Shown here piece by piece: positions 1 through 18,480 of a stretch of 64,000 bases of DNA. The notes beneath the pieces were generated by a model. That model ran no database searches. It saw only the letters and a program-made list of their open reading frames with translations, and was not told the origin of the DNA. Origin of the DNA: the human T2T-CHM13v2.0 reference genome, Homo sapiens. A program made the translations under genes and the position numbers. Every line of letters begins with the position of its first letter. Within the stretch, counting starts at the first letter, position 1. Location: assembly GCF_009914755.1 (NCBI RefSeq), contig NC_060928.1, one strand, 5' to 3'.

Positions 1-16
1 TTATATATATATATAT

Positions 17-319
17 TTTTTTTCTTTTTTCTCGAGACAGACTCTCGCTCTGTCGCCCAGGCTAGTGTCCAGTGGTGCAATCTTGGCTCACTGCAACTTC
101 CCTCTGCCTCCCGGGTTCAAGTGATTCTCCAGCTTCAGCCTCCCGAGTAGCTGGGATTACAGGTGCCCACCATCATGCCTGGCTAATTTTTGTATTTTTT
201 GTAGAGATGGGGTTTCACCATGTTGGCCAGGCTGGTCTCAAACTCCTAACCTCAAATGATCTACCCACCTCAGCCTTCCAAAGTGCTAGGATTACAGGCG
301 TGAGCCACCATGCCCAGTC
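17..319 (-). mobile_element. Alu (AluS-like), EVC intron 13
   Basis: Poly-T followed by GAGACAGACTCTCGCTCTGTCGCCCAGGCT...GTGAGCCACCATGCCCAG, a reverse-complement dimeric Alu. Confidence 0.95.
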
Positions 320-344
320 GAGAAAAAAATTTTTGATATAGCTA

Positions 345-830
345 TTTTTTAGTTTTATTTTTCAACTTTTATTTTAGATTCAGAGGGCACATGTGCAGGT
401 TTGTTACAAAGGTATATTGCGTGATGCTGAGGATTGGGGTACAGCTCCCATCACCCAGGTAGTGGACGCAGCACCCCATAGGTAGTTTTTTAACACTTGG
501 CCCCCTCTTGTAGACCCCAGGGTCTATTGTTCCCATCCTTATATCTATAGGTGCCCAATGTTTAGCTCCCACCTATAAGTGAGAACATGCAGTATTTGGT
601 TTTCTGTGTCTACATTAATTTCCTTACGATAATGGCTTCCAGCTGCATCCATGTTACTGCAAATAACATGATTTCATTATTTTTTATGACTGCATAGTAT
701 TCCATGGTGTATATATACCATTTCTTTATCCAATCCACCATTGATGAACACCTAGGTTGATTCAGTGTCTTTGCTATCATGAATAGCACTGCAATGAACA
801 TATAAGTACATGTGTCTTTTTGGTAGAATT
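345..830 (-). mobile_element. L1 3' end fragment (L1PB/L1PA-like)
   Basis: ACATGTGCAGGTTTGTTAC...GTGAGAACATGCAGTATTTGG...TAGTATTCCATGGTGTATAT. The ORF at 610..801 resembles the L1 ORF2 C-terminus (YTMEYYA). Confidence 0.85.
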
Positions 831-978
831 TATTTTCAATTTATTTTCTTTCAGGTATCAATATAACTATTTTTTAGTTGCCCAGCCCTTTGCAGAAAAC
901 AAATTGTGCATACCATCAAGAAGCAGGTGTCTAGCTATGGAATTGGATAATACAAGGGAAACATCAGAAGAGGATGGA

Positions 979-1389
<411 letters not shown>

Positions 1390-2445
1390 TTAATTGCATT
1401 AATGTTTAGTCCATTTATGTTTAATGTAAATCCTCATGCTGATATATATTTGGGTTTTCATATCAGTTTATGAAAATTCTCAGATGTTTTCCCTTTAGAT
1501 CTTCCCCTGCCTATTCTCTCCCTCCTCTCTTTCTGGGACTCCAGTGACAGGATTTCTGAGGCTTTTCCACTTTATCCCATATGTCTCTTACATGCTCCTC
1601 TGTATTTTTCATTCTTTTCTTCTCCGTGGTTCAGCATGGATATTTTCCTTTGAGGTATCTTCCAGCCACTCTCTCTTCAGCCATATTTTATCAGGTGCTA
1701 AACCCATCTCCTGAGTTGTTCATGTCAGTTATTGTGTTTTCAGTTCTAGGATGTCCATTTGATTCCTTGTATAGTTTCCAGTTATCTGCTGAAATTCTTC
1801 GTCTTATCATTTAATTTCTGGAACATATTAATCATAATTAGTGTAAAGGTTGTGTCTGACGATTCTGTTTTCTGATATCTCGTGGGCATGTTTCTATTGT
1901 CTGTTTTTCTCTTTATTTTTAGTTAATTCTCGTCTGGGTATTTTTATTGGATGATGACCACTAAGCATGAGAAATTGTAGATAATTTAAGACTTCAAATG
2001 ATATGATCTTCTTCCAGAGAGGATTTATGTTACTTCTAGAAGGAATTTCGGATGGTGGGAGATTCACTCCACCCATGTTGGAATTTAGCTGATTCTGAAT
2101 TAGGTCTTAGTGGGGAATGACTTTTATTCCTAGGATGAAGGCACCCACCAAAAAGCCTGGAGCGTTTGCCAGCCTCTTCTTGGCAGCTGACTGTCAGACC
2201 TCTGTTCACCTCTCAGCCTCTCAGCAGACACCTCAAGTTATACAACCAAATGTTGAACCTCTCTGGCAGGCTGAGTTTTTTTACATGAATCACTGAAATA
2301 GGAACTCAAAAATGGCTCAAGATTTCAGCTTTGGATGTGCTGATTTAGAGTCATGCCATTAATTCTAGTGGCTGCATACCATAGGCTGCTGTACACATGC
2401 ATTGGACAGCCAGGCAGGATGTGATGAGGTTAAAAAGATTAATAG

Positions 2446-3333
<888 letters not shown>

Positions 3334-4026
3334 AAGTGGAGACAGTGGAGCCCCCGTAGGGGCCACCCATGTACCAAAAGTTTTTAGTATCACTGATATA
3401 ATGAGAAATATATACTGGAAAAACCATACGGAATCAGAGGGGGACAGGTGCAGTTGTCATTGGGGGTATGGTAGAGAAGGCCTCTGTGGTCTCTTTGAAG
3501 TGTGATAACAGATCGAAAGAAATAATTAGTAAGTTGTAGAGCTGGGAGTTACACCCAGGTAGGCTGGCTCCAGGCCTCCTGCATGTAGCCACCAAGCTCT
3601 GGGAGCAGCTGCTGCTCTTTGACCCATGAATGAGGCACAAGCCCACAGTCTCTTAAGCTCTATCCAGGAGAGCTCCGAGGAGCAGGCAGGACTCACGGAC
3701 CTCGCTACAGCCCCGCTCACTTCTTTCTCTCTTATTTCTACAAATAAAGGCAGTCCTCAGAGCCCTGTGTGCCCTGCCTCAGCTTCTGTGATATCCTGAG
3801 ACTCACATCTGGCTTCAAACCTGGCTCTGCTGTGTGACTTTAGAAAGTTACTTAACTTCTCTGAGCCTTCGTGTCCTCCTCAGTGCTAGTGTTCAGGTCT
3901 CATGATGTTCTAGAAGGATGAGCAAGGCCCCCCATCTTGTGAGGGGCCATAGATGGTACTGGGCACGCAGTTGATGCTCAATAAATGCCCTTTTTCTGGG
4001 GACACAGACACCTAACAGACACCTAA

Positions 4027-4452
<426 letters not shown>

Positions 4453-5649
4453 TAGGGTCCATGCCTGGGTCTGCTCCTTGCCACACCGTTCATGGAGCTT
4501 GTGGCCTAGTAGACTTTGCCTGACTTCTCCATGACTTGATTTTCTCATCTGTAAGGTGGGATCTTCTCCCTCGCAGAATGGGGAGGGGCAGTCGCAGCAG
4601 ATCACCGGTTCTCCCCCTGCTGTTAGGCCCTGCGCTGCATCATCCTGAGCACTGGCTCTGTCTTCCCAGCAGCACTGAGTGAGACATGGTGTCACCCAGA
4701 GCCACACAGCTGGTCAGTGGCAGAACCGGGATCGGAACCCAAATCCCTCTCTCAGAAAGAGAGACGTGTGCTTTCCCTGCCCCTGGCCGCCTCTGCTGAG
4801 ACATTAGAGCTTTCTGGAGTTCATCCTGACGGCTGAGCAATGCCGCTAAAAATCAGTTCAGCTTGAGTAGACAGTGGTTTAACTCCTTATACTGACAATA
4901 ATCATAAATAATAGTGATAAAAATGATAACAGTGAGAAGTCACATTAGCGTTGCACTTAAGTCTAACTAAGTGCTTCTTCCTACCTCGTCTTGTTGGATT
5001 TTCCCCACAGTCCTTGCATGGTCAGGATCATTTTTCTTCCCGTTGGGAAAAAGAGGCCTACGATTGGGCAAATGATACATTTCCAGCCTCCAACCTAGTG
5101 AGTGGCAGCGCCGGGGCTGCAGGAGAATGACCAGCATACACGCTGCGCCTGCCTGGTGCCTCCCTTACAAGCTGTAAGGAGAGGTAGGGCACCCCTTACA
5201 GCACCTCGCTCGCTTCAGGCCACTGTAGGCAGGATGTCTGTGGCTGGGAGACAGCAGCAGGTTACAGCCCTGTGCCCAGCAGGCAGCCCTGGCATCGGGA
5301 AGTGCAGGAGCCCTTCCAGGAGCCCTCCAAGGGGTTCCTTTCATCTCAGTAAAACGAGTCACTTTGCGTGTCTGTGCAGCAAAGAGGCTGGACCCACATT
5401 TCTGCAACACCCTGTCTTATTCTAAATATCTCACATCTGCCTCAGATTATCCAAACAATTAGGGCTGTGCCTGGCTGGTGATATTGGGAATGTCACCCTG
5501 TCCCTAGAACTGTCCACATGTTACCTAACAGTAAATGCTCGCTGCATGAAAATGGAGTAAGATAGAAGGGTGTCGTATTTTGTCCTCAGCTTTCCAGAGG
5601 GATTTTGAGTCAAGATTGGAAAATGAGTACCACCACAACTTCACAATTA

Positions 5650-6000
<351 letters not shown>

Positions 6001-6983
6001 CTAGAAGAATGGTCATTTATTCAACCTGTATTCAGGGGCTTCCTGGAACACTAGTGCAAATGTGTGTGCCAGTGGGTACGGGGAGACTGGCCAGAAAAAA
6101 ACTGAGGAGGAGGAGAGAAGGGGTGGCCAAGGATGGAGGGCCTGGTGAAGGGAGGAGAGGTGGGTGCAGAGTGGGGTGTCCGCCACTTTACTGTGGCAGG
6201 AAGGCAGGTGCACATAGGATGTGAAGATGTGGGTGGGCTTGCTGACCTTCGGGGAAAGAGGATGGGAGCTCCCGACAGGAAGTGTAAGGCTGGAGCCCAG
6301 GTCCTTGGAGGGGTGGAGTGGGAGCCCCCTTTGCAGATGGGGCAGAGGAGAAGGAAAGGACCATTGGCAGTAAGGGATGAGCAGGGGCTCGGGAGTTAGA
6401 AGACCAGCTCAGACCTGCACTGCCACTCCGGGCTGTACAGGCTAGTCACCTCCGCAGCCTCCGCGCCGCGCCACACCTGTGTGCTCAGGTACCTTTCTCA
6501 GATGCTGTGGTGAGAGTAAGTGGGTATTTTTTCTTACCCAAAGCCTAGCACCATCCAATAAATATTTGCCGAAATGGGGATGAGCTTTTCTGGCTTTTGC
6601 CCATCCTCTTATGAGGAAAAGAATGATAACTTTGTCAGTGCACAACCAGCACATCCCCAATGATGGGATGTCTCAGGGTCTCCTGTCTTTTCTACTTTGG
6701 TCTGAAGATGCATCATGTAGAAACGCATGTAGCTGCAAGTAACATGGCTCAAAGAAATAGAAGTTACCCCATACCACAAGAAATGGGGAGGTGCGTGACC
6801 CAGGCTGCCACATTGGCTTTGTGATGTGACCGAGGACGAGGGTCTTTGTTTCTGACCCTGCATTCTTGCTGTTAATTTGTTGCTTCATAGTCTTAAAATG
6901 GCCACTGTCACTCCAGATGTCAGGCCTGCATTCCAGGTAGGAGGAGGGAACAGCAGTCTTTCACCTGCTGGTCCTCCACCTTA

Positions 6984-7301
<318 letters not shown>

Positions 7302-7453
7302 GATGCGGGGAAGGCCTCTTAGCCGACTTTCCCTAACATCGCATTTCATTGGCTCTAGACATCCCTGACCTAAGAAGATAGGATTCCCATGACTAGTTTA
7401 AACCAGCCATGCACTCTCTGCCTGCTTCCTGACCAATCCAGGTTGGTGAGTAG

Positions 7454-7756
<303 letters not shown>

Positions 7757-7989
7757 TAGTTTGGGGCAGAATAGGATGTCAGATACTGTGAATTTTATTT
7801 TTGGGAATATAATTATTTCAGTGTTTTAATGTATTTATCCCGTGCTTTGTCTCAAAAAGCCTTTTTCAAAAGGCACTTAAAGAAACATATGCATAAGCAC
7901 ACATCCAGTGCAGTGGGAGTGTTTTAAGTCGGTCACTCAGGACAAGGATAGGATACTGAGATGGAGTCAGGGCCAGGGCTTATCTAGGG

Positions 7990-8510
7990 CAGCAGTCCCC
8001 AGCCTTTTCAGCACCAGGGACTGGTTTCATGGAAGACTATTTTTCCACAGACCAGGGTGAGAGGGAAATGGTTTCAGACGATTCAAGTGCATTATATCTA
8101 TTGTGCATTTCATTTCTATTATTATTACATTGGAATATACAGTGAAATAATTATACAACTCACCATAATGTAGAATCAGTGGGAGCCCTGAGCTTGTTTA
8201 CCTGCAGCTAGACAATCACATCTGGGGGTTATGGGAGAGCGGCACATCATCAGGCATTAGATAAGGAATGCACAACCTAGATCCCTCGCATGTGCAGTTT
8301 GAAATAGGGTTCACGCTCCTATGAGACTCTGATGCCACTGCTGATGTGACAGGAGGTGGAGCTCGGGCGGTAATGTGAGCGATGGGGAGCGGCTGTAAAT
8401 ACAGATGAAGCTTCGCTCACTCATCTGCCGCTCACGTCTTGCTGTGTGGCTGGGTTTCTAACAGGCCAGGGACCAGTACTAGTCTGTGGCCCAGGGGTTG
8501 GGGATCCCTG
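7990..8510 (+). mobile_element. MER1A-like hAT-Charlie DNA transposon, full length
   Basis: Terminal inverted repeats CAGCAGTCCCCAGCC / GGTTGGGGATCCCTG; 8-bp TSD ATCTAGGG/ATCTAGGA; 521 bp. Confidence 0.85.
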
Positions 8511-9499
8511 ATCTAGGATATCTGCCTGCAAATCCTAATTAGACGTTCAATGATTTCGTCTGTGAGCTTCCTGGTGGTGAAAGAGACAGACACCTACTTA
8601 GTTAAAGCCACCGCAGTGACCATGAGTCCAGTGGTCCAGGGGGTGTTTGAGACCCCAAGAATTTTCCCGCATGGGCTCTTGTAAAAGGCCACCCTGGGGT
8701 GATAGAAAGGACAGTATCCCCAGTTCCAGTAACATACAGATAAGGATGGTTGGAAGCCAATTTCTTAAATGCCACTTCTTACAACACCCTCCCCTGAATC
8801 CAGAACTTCTGAGTAGGTGGGATTCCACTTCTCTGATGGGCTTTGCCTGGCATGTCCAAGGACTGGAATTGGAATCTATCCCAGGAGAGTCTTCCCTGAG
8901 TGTTTCTCCTCTCAGCTGAGCCCAGAGGCCACCTCTGTCTTCCCCTTCTCCTGAAGAACTTGAGGCCTAGATTCAAATAAAATCGGGGCACATGCCCAGA
9001 GATCTGCCAGGTTTTCCAAAGGAAGAGTTGGGCTCATTTAGCAGGAGACAGACATGATTGCTTGCTACTGCAGAACATTCCAGAACTGGGGCATGTCTCT
9101 TTCCCTTGGTAGGCCTTGGTTTCCCCATCTGTGGGACTAGGGTTGGAGACTGCCCCACCCCAGCCCCCATCCATCCTCTCAGCTCTTATTTCCTGCTTCC
9201 TGATACCCCAGCTCTCATGCAGGGATTTCACAGTAAACACATTGAAATGATATAGCTTAAGCCACATCAACTCCTTTTTCCTTATTTAGTAATCTGTTTT
9301 ATTTAAGAGTTGTACATGCTATGTCCCCAGAGGCTATCCAGGTTCAGTCTCCCTGTAAGTGCCAGCAAGCTCTCCCAGCTAATTAAGTGTGATGGGCCTC
9401 CTGCCGTGGCCACTGATCCTTGAGTGGGTTTTCAGCTGAGAGGTACCTTGAAGAGGTAATCCTATAGTTAGCTGTCCAAACCAGGGGCACTATTAATAA

Positions 9500-10451
<952 letters not shown>

Positions 10452-11519
10452 TGAGGTCCCAACTGAGGTCCCACGTAGGGCTGTTCTCTACCCCATTCAC
10501 ATGGCATATCTCTCTGTGGTGCCGTCAGCAGGTGCCGTCGCGTGCATTGCCCGTGGACTTGGGGGCCATCGGCCTTCCTCACCCGCTGCCTCTGTCCTGG
10601 TCTCTGCCCTCCATGCAGCACCTGGAGTGGCACCTGGCACAAATGAGTGAGCAGGTCATGGTGTGGTGGCAGCTTCATTCCCAGGTTTAAGTGGCATTCA
10701 CAGCCCGGACACAGGTCTAAGCCATGTTTAGACACGCGCCTACCCTCTCATACTTTGGGCATTCTCAGAAGCAGACCTTGACGAGGATTTGGGGGCAGGT
10801 TGTTTACCTGGGAGGTGACCCGCAGAGGCACAGTGAGAGGGCAGGGAAGTGAGGAAGAGGTGGCTGCTTCCTGTAACTGTGACCATCACAATGAGTGCAA
10901 ATGTAACAGCCCAAGCCATGTAGACTGCCTGTCCCACAGTGCTGGAGGTCAGAAGGCAGGCTTGGCTCTCCTGGCTTCTCTGTGCCTCACAAGGCCTGAG
11001 CGAAGGGGCCCGCCGACCGGGCTGTTCTTAGGAAGCTGCTCAGTAACAGGTGTCAGGAAACGCCCTGCTGCAGGGTTTGCACAGACCGAACTTGCCCTAA
11101 CTTTCCAGGCTCCCAGCAAACTACAGTCTGGCAAGTCCTCAGATGTGGGGCGCAGAAGCATCACTCGGCTTTCCTGCGAAACTTGCAGGTTCTGGGCCCA
11201 CACCTGGAGACTCAGGCTCAGAAAGTGTGAGGAGAGCCCAAGAATCTGAATTTTAGCCGCACCTCTCCGCACCAAGGGATACTGATAGATGTGGTCCAAG
11301 GGCTTCACTTTGACCCAGGTGATCCAAGAGAAGGAGCCTCAGCAGCCAGCTGGGCCAACCTGCTTTATGGAAGAGGAAAAGGAAGCCCAGTGTTGGGAAA
11401 GGGGGTGCATGAGCCCATCTGTGACTCACAGCTTATATGTGGCTGTTGATGCCCTTCCCTCCCTGTCACACCTCCTTGAATTCAGAGGCAGTTTCTTTTC
11501 TTTTTTTTTTTTTTTTTTG

Positions 11520-12620
<1,101 letters not shown>

Positions 12621-13627
12621 GGCACGGTTTCTAGTGGAACTCGGCCTCCTTTAAGGTGTGAGAGAGGCTGGAGTCTGGAGTGCTGGCCTCAGCTGTGCCA
12701 AATGAGTGATTTGTTTACTGTCCACCCTCCTTCCTGCCACTCAAACTAGAGCTCCTTGAGGACGGGGACTGTGGGTCTCTGTTCACACCTTTGTCTCAGA
12801 ACCCAGCACAGCACCTGGCAGGCCAGAGATACTTTAATGAAGGAATGAGTGGATGGATGGAGGGAGGGAGGAATGGAGTGAGAGGTGGAGGGATGGATGA
12901 CAGCGTCTTGTAGGGTGCACAGGAATTTGCTGGGCAAAAACAGAGAGGAAAGGTGTTACTGGCGGACAGAAGAGTGTGAGGTAGGAGCAGGGTGGCATTT
13001 TCACACCTCGGAGCACTCCACACGCACAGCTGCCTATCCATGCTAAAGGTGGCCCTGACTTCAGGTCTAGAAATTCGACCCCTTTCAGAAAATCTGCCCT
13101 AAAAGATGGGAAGGAGGCAGGCAGGGAGCAATAATGGAAACAGGGTGGCTGGATTTGGATGTTCCTGACTGCTTAGGAACGGAGGGCATCCAGAGAGGGA
13201 GGTGGGCCCTGGGGCTCAGGTACCCGGCCTCTGCTCCAGCTCTGTCCCCCTCTCTGAGAGTAACAGGCTGCCTGCCGTATTCGGGATTTCCCAGAGGCTG
13301 CATCCCAAGAAGCTTCTCATTTTACGAGGGAGGGGCCGGGGCAGTTCTGAGATTTAAACTCAGGGATGGGTAGCCGGTAGGCCTCTGGTCCTTTCAGGAG
13401 AATGCTCCTCCCTGGGGAAAAGATTGTTTTCTCATGAGAAGATGCCACCTTCTGCTCCGCCACTTCACAGACGTGTGTCCTGAGGGAGGCCCCCACCTCT
13501 CTGGGTTTCTTCCCCCCAGCTTTTCTACTCTGTCCTGCTGGTGTCATGAAGCTCCTCCGAAGATCACATGCAAAGTGTGTGGGCAGGACTCTCTAAACTC
13601 CCGTGTTGTAAAGGGCGTCCACTTTGA

Positions 13628-13975
<348 letters not shown>

Positions 13976-15126
13976 TAAAGAGGAGCAGAAATAGCTGAAG
14001 CCAGCCTGTGACCACACGTCAGCCATGGGGACTGCACTTCCCTGCCTGTGGCATCGTTGACCCGCTGAGTCTCACCTGCTGAGGGTGTGTCGGCCTCGCC
14101 TTAGGACCCTGAGCCCCTGGAGGGCAAGTGTGGCCTGTGTGGATCCCTACAGCAGCTGCAGCATGCTAAGCAGGGCCAGGCCCTGAGCAGCTGGTCAGGC
14201 CTCATCTATGGAGCTGACAGAGAATTGAGCATTCCCCTGTGTGCGCATGGCCACCAGGAGGCTTCCGGTGTAATGGTGACCTCTGTGTCACTCAGGCAGT
14301 GTTGGCGATAGCTAAAGTTTACACTTTATTTACAGCAAACAGGAAGCTCAGCTCTCATGATATAAAGTGCATATTTCATTACAGAAAATCCCATTTGTGT
14401 GAGGTTATACAGTGAGATGTAAGGTGAGAGTATAAAGTGTGGCTAAGCAAAGTGGCTGCCTTTAAAAAAATCAAATCTTCCAGAATGGAAGCATTTAGCA
14501 GAGTGTTGGCCCTTTCAGAGTGTTCTCCACTGGCGATGGCAGTCGCAGAGTGACAGTGGTAAGAATACAGCAGTGGTGGCCGATAGGTACTTATTGAGGG
14601 TCTATGATAGATAGTCATGAGCTGAGAGCTTTGCACACACTTTCCAACAAAAGAGGTTACTGCTACTGTCCCCATTACAGATGGACAAACTGAGGCATGC
14701 ACAGGTTACGTTGCTATCCAGGGTCACACAGTTAATGCATCATGGAATTCTGGTGTGTTTGTTTACACCACAGTGTTGGAAGTTTAGAGCCCAGCCTGTG
14801 GAGTCGGGCAGAAGTGAGTCCCATCCTATTCTGCTGCACCTGCTCCGGGCAGGTCACTGAGGCCCTCTGACCTCAGTGTACTCTGTCAACTGAAGACCGA
14901 CGGCCAGTGTGAGTGAGGACCCACAGTTATGCAGCAGGAGCTGGTAGATGCCAGTGTGTCCTCCTGCTCCTCTCCTCTCTGGGATGTATGTTGGAAAATT
15001 CTCCTCCACACGGGAGACGTGGTCTTCAGTGGCCAGCCTCAAGTGTCAGAATTCACTCACGTGGAGAGGGATTTAGAGAAGTCAGAGGGAGGCCCAGCTG
15101 AATGCTCCTCTCTGCTTGCATTTCAG

Positions 15127-15220
15127 GAAGCTGAACAGAACTTCATCTCCGAGCTGGCAGCCTTGGCCCGAGTGCCCCTTGCTGAAAGCAAACTGTTGCC
15201 TGCTAAGCGTGGGCTGCTAG
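15127..15220 (+). CDS. EVC: EVC exon 19, 94 bp
   Basis: tttcag|GAAGCT...TGCTAG|gtgagt; encodes [31 protein letters not shown](E). Confidence 0.96.
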
Positions 15221-15814
15221 GTGAGTCACAGATGCTTGAGTTGCAGCGGGAAGCACTCTGGGCTGAGAGATACGGATTCTAGTTCCACACTGGCCACTAA
15301 CTAGCTGTGTGACCTTAGGCATCGTGCCTAGGCTCTCTGGGCTTTTGTGACCTTGTCTGTAAATGAGCAGGCTTGGCTAGGCCACCCCTCAGGCCCACTT
15401 GCTCTCTAGCATTTGATAATTCCAGTTCTTGGGTCTGGTGTTCACTGGCTGTGTCTCCTAACTGACTCCATTTTTCCATCTGTAAAGTGGGGATAAGCCC
15501 TCCTCCCACCCTTGCCAGCGACAACTTCAGTGACATCACAGGATTTTTTAACCTGGTAATGAGAGAGTGACTCAGAAGGTGGTGTGAGAACACAGAGATC
15601 TACTGAAACAAAAGCTGTCACACTGGTGCTGGGTTTTCAGTTGCTTGCTGCTTCATTAAGTCTTCCAGTCAGCTGGGTAGAGTGGATACCCAGCGGGAGC
15701 CTAGCAGACTGGAGCTCAAGCCACAGCTCTGCCACTTCCTGGCTTGTGCAGGCTTGGGAGAGTACGTCACCTTCCCAGGCCTCAGTTTCCTCATTAGTTG
15801 AGTGGCTGCAATAG

Positions 15815-16285
<471 letters not shown>

Positions 16286-16511
16286 TGAGCCTTGACCTAC
16301 CTCCACACCCCATTGGCATCCAGCCTGAAGTGTTGGGCAGTCCCTTCTTTGACCAGGGATGGCTGTGGTCATGGCACTTGGATGACCTCCTACCCAAGGA
16401 GGGAAACGGGTTTTATTGGTTTCTTAACAACCCATGTCAAAGTAAAAATTGTTTTGATCACCTTTGGCTGCATTTTCATTTAATCCGATTGGGTAAGTTA
16501 TGGCATCATGA

Positions 16512-16646
<135 letters not shown>

Positions 16647-17209
16647 TTTAAGACCAGTCGGTGGGACAAGACCTGAAGCCCTGGGTCTGGGTGTGAATTC
16701 CACCTTCCCTCCTGCAGTGCTGAGAGGCAGCGAGGACGGAGAGGACAGCGGCATCTCTAGGCTCTTCTGAGAGGGACAGAGAAAGAATAGAAATGTGCCC
16801 TAAAAGCATAAATGAGTATCACCTGAGAAAATTAGGCATTCCCGTCTTGGAAACACGTCTCTGTGAGTTTGCATTTCATTTGGCTTGGAGCCCTGGCTCG
16901 ATGCCTCATGGATCTTTCTCCCCAAGGAGGGACGTCTTGAGGGGTCCGAGCCTCAGGCCAAGGACCCCTGATGCAGACTCTGGAATCCCTGGCCCAAAGG
17001 CCTGTCTGGGCCCATCTGGGGCTGAGGACACACAGATACATAATGACACCTGCAGAAATGTATTCTCTGAGGACACTTAGAATATGAGGAAGAGGGTGTG
17101 GCCCAACCCTCACTTCACCTGGGGAGGGGCTTCTTCCGGACAGTAGACACCCTGCCCGTGCAGAGAGATGTCATGGGGGCACCTGCTCTCCCTGATAGAT
17201 GCTGAGAGC

Positions 17210-18258
17210 ATCCAGAAACTTCCAGACCAGCCCTCTCACCACACCCAGAAGAGGCCTTTCCCATCTGGAGAGAAGCTTCCAGACCAGCCCTTCACACACC
17301 ACAGCCAGGAGGGGCCTTTCCCACCTGGAGAGAAACTTCCAGACCAGCCCCTCATACCACAGCCAAGAGGGGCCTTTCTCACCTGGAGAGAAATTTCCAG
17401 ACCATCCCCTCTCACCACAGCCAGGAGAGGCCTTTCCCACCGGTAGAGAAACTTCCAGACCAGCCCCTCACACCACAGCCAAGAGAAGCCTTTCCAGCCT
17501 GGAGAGAAACTTCCAGACCAGCCCTCTCACTACAGCCAGGAGAGGCCTTTCCCGCCTGGAAACTTCCGGACAAGCCTCTCACACACCACAGCCAGGAGAG
17601 GCCTTTCCCACCTGGACAGAAACTTCCAGACCAGCCCCTCTCACCACAGCCAGGAGAGGCCTTTACCACCTGGAGAGAAGCTTCCAGACCAGCCCCTCAC
17701 ACCACAGCCAGGAGAGGCCTTTCCCACCTGGAGAGAAACTTCCAGACCAGCCCCTCATACCACAGCCAAGAGGGGCCTTTCTCACCTGGAGAGAAACTTC
17801 CAGACCAGCCCCTCACACCACCGCCAGGAGAGGCCTTTCCCACCGGGAGAGAAACTTCCAGACCAGCCCCTCACACCACAGCCAGGAGAGGCCTTTCCCA
17901 CCGGGAGAGAAACTTCCAGACCAGCCCTCTCACTACAGCCAGAAGAGGCCTTTCCCACCGGGAGAGGAACTTCCAGACCAGCCCCTCACACCACAGCCAG
18001 GAGAGGCCTTTCCCGCCTGGAGAGAAGCTTCAGGCCAGCTCCTCACACCACAGCCAGGAGAGACCTTTTCTGCCTGGAGAGAAACTTTCAGACCAGCCCC
18101 ACACACCACAGCCAGGAGAGGCCGTTCCTGCCTGGAGAGAAGCTTCCAGACCAGCCCTTCACACCACAGCCAGGAGAGGCCTTTCCCACCTGGAGAGAAA
18201 CTTCCAGACCAGCCCCTCTCACCACAGCCAGGAGAGGCCGTTCCCACCTGGAGGGAAA
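17210..18258 (+). repeat. Minisatellite, ~18 copies of a ~58-bp unit, in the EVC 3' UTR
   Basis: Consensus GGAGAGAAACTTCCAGACCAGCCCCTCACACCACAGCCAGGAGAGGCCTTTCCCACCT; the CTTCCAGACC-like anchor recurs 18 times from ~17219 to ~18201. Confidence 0.97.
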
Positions 18259-18279
18259 ATTGCTCCTTTGATGGAGGTT

Positions 18280-18480
18280 AGGGACTGTCACCCTCAGCAC
18301 TGTGAACATACCGGGCGAGATCATTCTTCAGGGGAAGGAGCTGCCCAGAGCATCACAGGATGTTCCAGTGTCCCTGGTCTCTGCCCACCAGATGCCAGCA
18401 CTCCCACCATTCGTGGCAACCAAGGATGTCTCCAGACACTGCCCCGTGTCCATGGGGTTATCACCCACTGTGCTGAGTCA
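18280..18480 (-). mobile_element. MER20-like hAT DNA transposon
   Basis: CCCTGGTCTCTGCCCACCAGATGCCAGCAC...CAACCAAGGATGTCTCCAGACACTGCC matches the reverse of the MER20 consensus as I recall it. Confidence 0.75.

Noticed and set aside
610-801. ORFs resembling the L1 ORF2 C-terminus (also 11996..12259 and 59070..59294)
   Set aside because: Short decayed L1 fragments, not intact retrotransposon ORFs.
17210-18258. Regular ~58-bp periodicity resembling a CRISPR array
   Set aside because: Units are head-to-tail with no unique spacers, there are no cas genes, and the context is a human 3' UTR.
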